From the NCBI GenBank assembly GCA_035514595.1, contig DATKAX010000172.1, positions 1-57,891 on the forward strand: a DNA stretch of 57,891 nt. Reading direction: 5' to 3'. Source of the DNA: Burkholderiales bacterium. Lineage in GTDB: Bacteria > Pseudomonadota > Gammaproteobacteria > Burkholderiales > SG8-39. Position numbers and translations under genes: made by a program. This document shows, piece after piece, positions 1 through 5,839 of the stretch. A model generated the notes under the pieces. That model saw nothing but the letters and a program-made list of their open reading frames with translations. It searched no databases and was not told the origin of the DNA. Within the stretch, counting starts at the first letter, position 1. Each line of letters begins with the position of its first letter.

Positions 1-210
1 GGCCGATCGAATCCGTACTTACGCCAGCTGAGTGATACCAAAGTCCTCGAACACGGCGCGGAGATTGTGCGGCGGTTGATGCCTCACCTTCTGAAGGGCG
101 GCCCCGGTTACGTTGCGGAGGTCGTCAACCCAATGATGGAAGAGTTCACGCACTTTCAAGAGGAAGCGAGCCATCGTGCCCTGGACTGGCGAGACATACC
201 GAAGCCCTAA
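1..210 (+). CDS. 3' end of a cassette-borne hypothetical protein (5' end outside the window)
   Basis: Frame 1 is open from base 1 to TAA at 208-210 (...LEHGAEIVRRLMPHLLKGGPGYVAEVVNPMMEEFTHFQEEASHRALDWRDIPKP*). Its composition is more protein-like than the Arg/Trp-rich antisense ORF 19..309. The stop codon sits inside the R'' box of the following attC, as is common for cassettes. Confidence 0.4.
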   Translation, partial: GRSNPYLRQLSDTKVLEHGAEIVRRLMPHLLKGGPGYVAEVVNPMMEEFTHFQEEASHRALDWRDIPKP

Positions 211-271
211 CCACCGCATCCACGCCGACGCGCGCAAGAGCGGCGCGCGCGGGTGATGCGGAACGTTGAGG
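205..271 (+). repeat. attC site (67 bp) of the first, truncated cassette
   Basis: R'' is CCCTAAC (205-211), L'' is CCGCATC (214-220), an inner stem pairs CGCGCGC with GCGCGCG (229-235/243-249), L' is GATGCGG (255-261), then a 3-nt spacer and R' GTTGAGG (265-271). The first base of R'' deviates from the RYYYAAC consensus. Confidence 0.6.
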
Positions 272-487
272 CTGTAGAAAAAGTCCCGTGTCGAACATCG
301 GCGCGTCACAACGCGATATGAGCAATTCTTCGATAAGATTGGACGTCGACGGTCAACCGAGCTGCGATCTCCTCGTAGCGTGCCTCCTCAGGCCCGACAG
401 CGACAATATTCGAAGTGACCATCAAAAACCCAGGTGTTTCGGCGGTGGGTCGACATTGACCGTTTTCGGACTTTTTCTACAGCCTCG
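266..487 (+). mobile_element. 222-bp ORF-less insert at the attC crossover point (non-coding cassette or MITE-like element)
   Basis: The insert is bounded by G|TT on both sides (265-267 and 487-489). Its termini are perfect 19-bp inverted repeats, GAGGCTGTAGAAAAAGTCC (268-286) and GGACTTTTTCTACAGCCTC (468-486). Removing it restores a canonical attC ending ...GATGCGGAAC-GTTATGC. It contains no convincing ORF. A weak internal attC candidate has R'' GGTCAAC at 350-356 and R' GTTATGC at 487-493. Confidence 0.5.
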
Positions 488-526
488 TTATGCGGCTTAC
501 TAACCGTTGCACGAACGTCTAATTTC

Positions 527-943
527 ATGGCCGTTGCCGAAAAGCTGTGCTGGGAGGTTTTGACGAGCTGTAAGGGGCAGTCCGTCTCGGCCAAGTGGCT
601 AAAAGGTGATCACGCAACCGATCCACCGCTGGAGAGCGCTTTGCCGTTGTTTGTCTTGGAACGCGATTTGGTTTTGCGGCATACGAAGCAGCAGATCGAG
701 GACAGCCTGTACTTCTTGGAAAAACGTGGCTATTTGCGCCGGCATGGGTTTCACGGATTAACGCGAGTGGTCTTTCAATTGTCCGATTCCGCCCTTTCGG
801 TGCTTGAGGCAGGCTCGTTTTCCGCAGAGGAGCAACGCGCCTTTCGCGAAGCCCTCTTCGACGCGAAGCAGCCGGGGCTCTGGGGCTTTAAGTTCAACTT
901 GGGTGAGGCGTGGAGACGGTTCAAGAAATTTCGCACGCGCTAG
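527..943 (+). CDS. Cassette-borne hypothetical protein, 138 aa (possible winged-helix-like segment)
   Basis: This is ORF 434..943 trimmed to ATG 527, because the cassette boundary G|TT lies at 487/488. I recognised no family. The segment YFLEKRGYLRRHG is reminiscent of a wHTH recognition region. The stop TAG at 941-943 lies just before the attC. Confidence 0.55.
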   Translation: MAVAEKLCWEVLTSCKGQSVSAKWLKGDHATDPPLESALPLFVLERDLVLRHTKQQIEDSLYFLEKRGYLRRHGFHGLTRVVFQLSDSALSVLEAGSFSAEEQRAFREALFDAKQPGLWGFKFNLGEAWRRFKKFRTR

Positions 944-947
944 CGCC

Positions 948-1073
948 GCATAACAACCGGTTGCAGCGGACGGTGACACGGCGTGGCGGGCGCGCCGCAA
1001 GTGCGGCATTTCATTCTGCACATGCGGCGCGCTGGACACGTGGTCGCGCCGCCGCTGAACCGGAATGTTAGGT
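948..1073 (+). repeat. attC site (126 bp)
   Basis: R'' is GCATAAC (948-954), followed by spacer AA and L'' CCGGTT with one extra G. The right arm is AACCGG, spacer AAT, then R' GTTAGGT (1067-1073). Confidence 0.7.
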
Positions 1074-1113
1074 GTCTCAATAAGCGACCGGGCGTTTACG
1101 CGGGGGAGGGGCA

Positions 1114-1902
1114 ATGCCGGAGATGTTCGCGAACGCGATCGGCTATGAGCAATTGATGGGACGGTGGAGCGTCCGGTTGGCCCCACTTTATGCCGATTTC
1201 GCAAGGGTGCGGGATTCCGGCAGGATCCTGGACGTCGGGTGCGGGACAGGCGCGTTGGCGAAAGTCGTCGCCGGCATGACGCGGCAGAGCGAGATAGTAG
1301 GAGTGGACCCCGCGCAATCGTTTGTCGACTACGCTCGCACGCAGGTTGAGGACCGGCGCGTCAAATTCGAAGTCGGCGACGCCATGCAATTGCCATTTCC
1401 CACGGCATCGTTCGACCAGACACTTTCGCTCCTCGTCATGATGTTTATCCCGGAGCCTGAGAAAGCGGCCACGGAAATGAGGCGGGTCACCAGACCGGGG
1501 GGAACGGTCTCTGCGTGTACGTGGGACCGCGACGGGCTGGAGTTGGCGTCAATCTTCTGGGAAGAGGCCATGAGGCTCGATCCCGGTGCTGAGGCGCGTT
1601 CCCAGAGACCTAAGCACTCCAACCGAGAGGGCCAGCTCACTGCGCTGTGGCAGTCTGCCAGCCTCGAAGAGGTCAAAGAAACGGTGCTCACGATGCAACT
1701 GCCGTTTGCTTCGTTCAACGATTTCTGGGATCCGCATCTGAGAGGCGTGGCGCCACAAGGCGCCTATGTGGCCAGTCTTTCGGAGGAGCGCCGCGAGGCA
1801 CTGCGACAGGGCTTGCACAAGCGCCTCCTCGGTAATCGACCGGATGGCGCTTTTTCCCTGCGTGCGAAGGCCCTCGCGGTCCGCGGCACGGTCCCGCACT
1901 AA
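1114..1902 (+). CDS. Class I SAM-dependent methyltransferase (Methyltransf_11-like), cassette-borne
   Basis: 262 aa. Motif I is ILDVGCGTGALAK, with an acidic residue after beta-2 (IVGVDPA) and VGDAMQLPF. A GGGAGG Shine-Dalgarno sequence lies upstream of the ATG at 1114. Confidence 0.85.
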   Translation: MPEMFANAIGYEQLMGRWSVRLAPLYADFARVRDSGRILDVGCGTGALAKVVAGMTRQSEIVGVDPAQSFVDYARTQVEDRRVKFEVGDAMQLPFPTASFDQTLSLLVMMFIPEPEKAATEMRRVTRPGGTVSACTWDRDGLELASIFWEEAMRLDPGAEARSQRPKHSNREGQLTALWQSASLEEVKETVLTMQLPFASFNDFWDPHLRGVAPQGAYVASLSEERREALRQGLHKRLLGNRPDGAFSLRAKALAVRGTVPH

Positions 1903-1917
1903 AGCTCCCATGGAGAC

Positions 1918-2004
1918 ACCTAACAACCGGCTGTTGCGCGACGCTTACGTATCGGCGCTGCTACGTCGCACCTTCTCCAGCGCGCCAAAGCCGGGACGTT
2001 AGAC
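1918..2004 (+). repeat. attC site (87 bp)
   Basis: R'' is ACCTAAC (1918-1924), followed by spacer AA and L'' CCGGCT. The right arm is AGCCGG, spacer GAC, then R' GTTAGAC (1998-2004). Confidence 0.75.
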
Positions 2005-2024
2005 ATCACGAAAAGGGGGCGCTC

Positions 2025-2915
2025 GTGGCACAGACTGCGGAAGGGGAAGCGCCAAGCCGACGCGTCTCGCTGACAAAGACGCAGCGCGAATCGGAAATTG
2101 GCGCAGAGCTCCTCTCACTGTGCCAGGCGGTGACGACTGATGGGTCGTTCTCGGACGAGGAGATTTCCTCCCTCCGTAAATGGCTGCAAGAACATAAAGG
2201 CGAGGATCTCCCCGCAATTTCTCACCTCATCCCGCTGATCGAAAACATAGTCGCCGATGGGCGCATCACCCCTGACGAGCGCCGAGAGCTTTTTATCGCG
2301 GTCGAGACTATTCTCCCTCCTGACGTTCGCGCCGTCGCAAAGACCGCTCGGCGTACTGCTGAACAACAGGAAAAGGATCGACTTCGACTTCAATGGCAAC
2401 TCGAGAAGGAACGCCAGCGCGAAGAAGGAGAACGCGATTCGCCGATCGAGCGTTGGGACTTTATGGTTGCAGGGTCAAGATATGAAGGACGGCCCGCCCT
2501 GATAGATCGGTATGCTCATGTCGGTGCACCTGCATACCTTGTCCGCGACCCGAACAACAGGTACAGCAGGAACGCGACTGAGGTGCGTACCGCGAGTGGA
2601 CACCAGATTGGTTTCGTACCGGAAGAAGACGCCACTGACATCGCACCACTTCTCGACGCAGGGCATCCCTTTCTCGCACACATCAAGAAAATACTCACGG
2701 GCGGTCGTTATCCAATACCAGTCGTTGTTGCCGAGGCCTATCGCAAAGACGCGAACGTCCAGACTCTGCCGCACCAACCAGCGCATGCACCGCGCGCCAC
2801 CTACCAAGCGGGTCGCGCATTGGGGAGGACACTACGATCTCATTTCAAATTCGCGCTGATTGCAATAGTGGTGTTCGTGGTCCTGGCATATATTGCTTGG
2901 GGCGGCAAGACGTGA
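2025..2915 (+). CDS. TerB-like / coiled-coil / HIRAN-domain protein with a C-terminal transmembrane anchor, cassette-borne
   Basis: 296 aa with a GTG start preceded by AAGGGGG. The N-terminus has TerB-like paired repeats (TTDGSFSDEEISSLRKWL and ADGRITPDERRELF). A charged coiled coil follows (EQQEKDRLRLQWQLEKERQREEGER). The HIRAN-like core is WDFMVAGSRYEGR...YLVRDPNNRYSRNATEVRTASGHQIGFVPEE. The C-terminal TM helix is FKFALIAIVVFVVLAYIAW. The stop codon lies immediately before the R'' box. Confidence 0.7.
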   Translation: MAQTAEGEAPSRRVSLTKTQRESEIGAELLSLCQAVTTDGSFSDEEISSLRKWLQEHKGEDLPAISHLIPLIENIVADGRITPDERRELFIAVETILPPDVRAVAKTARRTAEQQEKDRLRLQWQLEKERQREEGERDSPIERWDFMVAGSRYEGRPALIDRYAHVGAPAYLVRDPNNRYSRNATEVRTASGHQIGFVPEEDATDIAPLLDAGHPFLAHIKKILTGGRYPIPVVVAEAYRKDANVQTLPHQPAHAPRATYQAGRALGRTLRSHFKFALIAIVVFVVLAYIAWGGKT

Positions 2916-2916
2916 T

Positions 2917-2985
2917 GTCTAACCCGGCGCCCAACTCGGCCACGCGCCATGAAGCCGGCGCGCGCCGGTTGGCTCCACGTTAGAT
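2917..2985 (+). repeat. attC site (69 bp)
   Basis: R'' is GTCTAAC (2917-2923) and R' is GTTAGAT (2979-2985). Internal pairing is GGCGCC/GGCTCC plus a GC-rich inner stem, which is less regular than in the other sites. Confidence 0.65.
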
Positions 2986-3397
2986 GCCCACTAGGCCTAT
3001 GCGCTGTCTGCCGGCCGTGAATCTCGACACCGACGTGCCATTCTGGATATCCAAGAGCTCCTTCTTCCAGCATTTCGATCAACAAGATTTCATGTGCAGG
3101 GACGTTGAGCACGTCATCGACGCGTACTTGGAGGAATGGTTCTATGCCGACGCCAATGGAAACCGCTTATTCTTCATTCCGCCTGTCTCGGTGAGGCACA
3201 AAGTGACCCAGTTCATAAGTGGCCGGCATCGCACCGCCGTTTTGCTGCGGCATATGGAGAGCGTGCCACTCGCTTTCGACTCACGCTTTACAACCTCTGG
3301 CGAAGAGGACTGGGTATGGTCCATTGCGTCTGGGCCAGTTCAAAACGGCGTCCACATCGAGCTCCCCGACTTGCCAGTCAGAGCAGCATTGCCATGA
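2984..3397 (+). CDS. Cassette-borne hypothetical protein with a ParB/Srx-like GxHR motif
   Basis: 137 aa. ATG 2984 overlaps the core site, and an alternative ATG lies at 2999. The segment VTQFISGRHRTAVLL resembles the (D)GxHR signature of ParB/sulfiredoxin-fold proteins. I recognised no other family. Confidence 0.5.
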   Translation: MPTRPMRCLPAVNLDTDVPFWISKSSFFQHFDQQDFMCRDVEHVIDAYLEEWFYADANGNRLFFIPPVSVRHKVTQFISGRHRTAVLLRHMESVPLAFDSRFTTSGEEDWVWSIASGPVQNGVHIELPDLPVRAALP

Positions 3398-3410
3398 TTC
3401 GCGTCTGGGC

Positions 3411-3475
3411 ACCTAACAGCACGCCGCACACGGACGCGGGAACCTGATCCGATAAAGTGAACACCTCGACCTAAC
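3411..3475 (+). repeat. Degenerate attC remnants: two orphan inverse-core boxes without a core-site partner
   Basis: ACCTAAC occurs at 3411-3417, and its flank TGGGCACCTAA matches the start of the cassette at 2981. A second ACCTAAC occurs at 3469-3475. No GTTRRRY box or complementary L' arm follows either one. Confidence 0.5.
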
Positions 3476-3489
3476 GCTTGGCAGCAAAG

Positions 3490-3933
3490 ATGGTCGCAGT
3501 CTTCTACGACGAGATTTCAGCGGCCTTCGAGTTTGTAAGCGCGGCGCCGCCGATTGAGCACAGCGCGTACATTTCGCTCGATACCGGCCAGATTTTCTGG
3601 ACGTCCGAGCTCGCTTCGATGGACCAGGAACTGCCGGATGACATCGGGACGTCGGACCGCTACTTGTCCGTGCCGCACAAGAATGAACTCGACCTGGGCA
3701 AGAATCTCTCCTTGCGATTTGCCGCCCGGGAGCTCGCTGACTCCTATGGACGGGTCCAGGCCATGTTTCGGAGCAAGGGTGCGTACCGAAGGTTCAAGGA
3801 ACTGCTGGAGGACAAGGGTCTGCTTGATAGGTGGTACCAATTCGAGGCAAGGGAGAAGGAGGAAGCCCTGAGAGCGTGGTGCGCGGAGAACGGCATATGC
3901 ATCATTGAGAGCGGCGAGCAGCGAGAGACGTGA
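3490..3933 (+). CDS. UPF0158 family protein
   Basis: The sequence MVAVFYDEISAAFEFVS...YISLDTGQIFW...DRYLSVPHKNELDLG...FRSKGAYRRFKELLEDKGLLDRWYQFE resembles the UPF0158 family. ATG 3490 was chosen, with the ORF-track TTG at 3478 as an alternative. Confidence 0.6.
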   Translation: MVAVFYDEISAAFEFVSAAPPIEHSAYISLDTGQIFWTSELASMDQELPDDIGTSDRYLSVPHKNELDLGKNLSLRFAARELADSYGRVQAMFRSKGAYRRFKELLEDKGLLDRWYQFEAREKEEALRAWCAENGICIIESGEQRET

Positions 3934-3940
3934 TCGGGCC

Positions 3941-4243
3941 GTGCTGCTCGTCCGAGTCCGGCTCGCCTCAAGCTCGATCGACGGCCTCGGTGTATTCACT
4001 GTAGAGCCGAGTGCGAGAGGAACCGTGGTCTGGCGTTTCACGCCCGGATTCGATCTCGACCTCTATCCGCAGCTGCTCGAAGCACAGCCGCCACTGCTGC
4101 GCGAAGTCCTGCTGCACTACGGCTGGATCGAGTTCGGCGCCGGGCGCTACAACGTCGATGTGGCCGCGCGCGACATCGCGGCCGGCGAGGACCTGACGCT
4201 CGACTACGCGCTCCTGGAAGGGCGCGTCCCGGAGCGCCGTGAC
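3941..4243 (+). pseudogene. Degenerate SET-domain gene (no in-frame stop before 4759)
   Basis: A GTG at 3941 lies 8 nt after the UPF0158 stop. It has a SET-like N-terminus (RLASSSIDGLGVFTVEPSARGTVV) and C-terminus (ARDIAAGEDLTLDY), but the NHSxxPN block between them is absent. The frame then runs 500 nt into the convergent lipid-kinase gene. A TGA in another frame occurs at 4240-4242. Confidence 0.45.
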
Positions 4244-5164
4244 TCACTTCGGCTTCGCCTGCGGGACGAGAAACTCTACCGCGCCCTCGATCGAGAGCTC
4301 GATGCGCCCCGGCGGCGCCGGGAAATCCTCCCCCGGGGCGGGCCAGATGCGGTCATCGATGTGCATCGGATAGCCGTTCCAGGCGAAGCTCAGGCGCCGG
4401 CCGCGCCGCGAGGGAAGCATCGCGATGCGCGGCTTTTCGTTCTGCCAGCTCGCCAGAATCTCGTGCAGCCTGTCGCGCTCGGCCTCGCTCACCATGACGA
4501 TCTCCATCTGGCCGTCGCCGGGCCGGATGTCGGGAGCGAGATGCAGGTTCGGGCCGACGTAAGGCAGGATCATGGCCTCGAACATCAGGAACTCGCCCGA
4601 GACGTCCATGCCGTCGAGCGTCGCCTCGAGCGCAACCGGCGCGCAGGCCTCCAGGTCGTCCTTCAGAAGCTGCAGCGCATAGGCGACCTTGGCGTCGGCG
4701 CGCTCCAGGCTGCGGATGGTCCGGCTGGCGTCGGCGCGCGGCACCGCGCAGGCGAATAGCCCCATGCCGACGGCCTCGACGAACCCGCGCGTCCCCCAGG
4801 GTCCCGTCGCCTTCCCGATGTCGAGCTTCACGCTTCGCGGCTCCCGCCAGCCGCGAACGATGTCCTCCACCGGGAGCCCGGCGAGTCCCAGCGTTCGCGC
4901 GATGTTGTTGGCCGTTCCCGCCGGCAGCGGCGCCACCGGCGTGCCCCGGCCGAGCATGCGCTTCGCCACGCGAGCGACGGTGCCGTCGCCCCCGGCCACG
5001 GCGACGAGCTCCGCCGCCTCGTCCAGCACGCGGTCCCAGCCGTCGTCCTTCGACGACTGGTAGCGCACGCTGTGGCCGGCGTCGCGCAGCACGGCGAGGA
5101 GCCGCCCGATCTCGCCGCCTCCCGGGACGCCCGCGCCGGGGTTGTGGATCAGCGTGACGCGCAT
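4244..5164 (-). CDS. Diacylglycerol-kinase-family lipid kinase (YegS/BmrU-like)
   Basis: It has a GGDGT motif ([13 protein letters not shown]), an N-terminus [12 protein letters not shown], and PLPAGTANN. The start was moved to ATG 5164 (residue 52 of the track ORF). Confidence 0.85.
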   Translation of the reverse strand: MRVTLIHNPGAGVPGGGEIGRLLAVLRDAGHSVRYQSSKDDGWDRVLDEAAELVAVAGGDGTVARVAKRMLGRGTPVAPLPAGTANNIARTLGLAGLPVEDIVRGWREPRSVKLDIGKATGPWGTRGFVEAVGMGLFACAVPRADASRTIRSLERADAKVAYALQLLKDDLEACAPVALEATLDGMDVSGEFLMFEAMILPYVGPNLHLAPDIRPGDGQMEIVMVSEAERDRLHEILASWQNEKPRIAMLPSRRGRRLSFAWNGYPMHIDDRIWPAPGEDFPAPPGRIELSIEGAVEFLVPQAKPK

Positions 5165-5188
5165 GGTATTTGCTCGCAGACTCTCATC

Positions 5189-5832
5189 ATGCGCATCCTC
5201 GTGACGAACGACGACGGCGTCTATAGCCCGGGCATAGCCGCACTGGCGCAGGCCGCGGCGAGCTTCGGCGAGGTGCGCGTGGTCGCGCCCGACGTCGAGA
5301 TGTCCTCGGCGGCGCACTCGATCACCGCCTCGCGCCCCCTCAACCAGAAGCGCACGGCGATCCCCGGGCTGGATGCGTACCGCGTGGACGGCACGCCGGC
5401 CGACTGCGCGGCGCTCGGCGCATCCTGGGCCTGCGCGGCATCGCGCTTAGCGTGCCGGCGCCCGAAACGGAGCAGCCGGACTTCGAGCGGCTCGAGCCCT
5501 GGGTCGGGACCGTGCTCGAGCTGCTGCTGGAGGTCCCCGAGCTCAGGCTCGTCAACGTCAACCTGCCCGAAGGTACGCCGCGCGGGATACTCTGGACCCG
5601 CCAGTCGGTAAGGCACTACGACGGCAGGGTGGTCCCCGGCAAGGATCCGATGGGGCGCACGCATTACTGGTTCACCGTGGTTCCGGTCGAGGCGACCGAG
5701 GAAGGCACCGACCACTGGGCGTTCGACCGCGGCTACGTGTCCATGACGCCGCTGCGCCTGGACCTGACCGACGAGGCGCAGCTCGCGAGGGCGCGCGAGC
5801 ACCACTCGATGAAGAAGGTCCGCTTCGCTTGA
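5189..5832 (+). pseudogene. surE: surE (5'/3'-nucleotidase) pseudogene with an internal deletion and frameshift
   Basis: The N-terminal part [16 protein letters not shown]...[13 protein letters not shown] is in one frame (5189-~5420). The C-terminal part [15 protein letters not shown]...GTDHWAFDRGYVSMTPLRLDLT is in another frame and ends at 5832. The conserved SGINxGxNxG...YSGTVxAAxEG block (about 40 aa in E. coli SurE) is missing at the junction, ~5418-5424. Confidence 0.75.
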
Positions 5833-5839
5833 TCCCCGG

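Larger units (their letters stand above)
1..3475 (+). mobile_element. Distal part of an integron gene-cassette array (intI/attI expected upstream of the window start)
   Basis: Same-orientation sites carry an inverse-core RYYYAAC box and a core GTTRRRY box with shared geometry (R''-2nt-L''...L'-3nt-R'). The first bases of each unit after G|TT are the reverse complement of the flank of its own downstream R'' box: TTATGCGGC/GCCGCATAA, TTAGGTGTCTC/GAGACACCTAA, TTAGACATCACG/CGTGATGTCTAA, TTAGATGCCCA/TGGGCACCTAA. Each unit has one + strand ORF. G+C is visibly lower than in the core genes to the right. Confidence 0.75.

Noticed and set aside
19-309. A minus-strand 96-aa ORF at the window start.
   Set aside because: It has an Arg/Trp-rich composition and spans an attC site. 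The + strand frame ending at TAA 208-210 reads more like a protein and fits the cassette layout.
258-493. A single unusually long (236-bp) attC with 19-bp stems and a 182-nt variable centre.
   Set aside because: This was my first interpretation. I replaced it with the insertion model because 205-271 already forms a complete, canonical-geometry attC, and because excising 268-486 plus GTT rebuilds an attC whose R' matches the next cassette.
434-526. The upstream extension of the 434..943 ORF (GTG start at 434).
   Set aside because: The extension lies inside the inserted element/attC and crosses the cassette boundary at 487/488. ATG 527 is the first start within the cassette.
2968-2974. GTTGGCT as an alternative core site for the third attC.
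   Set aside because: The complementarity between the next cassette's start (TTAGATGCCCA) and its own R'' flank supports GTTAGAT at 2979-2985 as the real crossover site.
4244-4759. The continuation of the SET-like ORF to 4759 as real coding sequence.
   Set aside because: It fully overlaps the well-supported convergent lipid-kinase gene, and the translated tail is Arg/Leu/Pro-rich with no SET homology.
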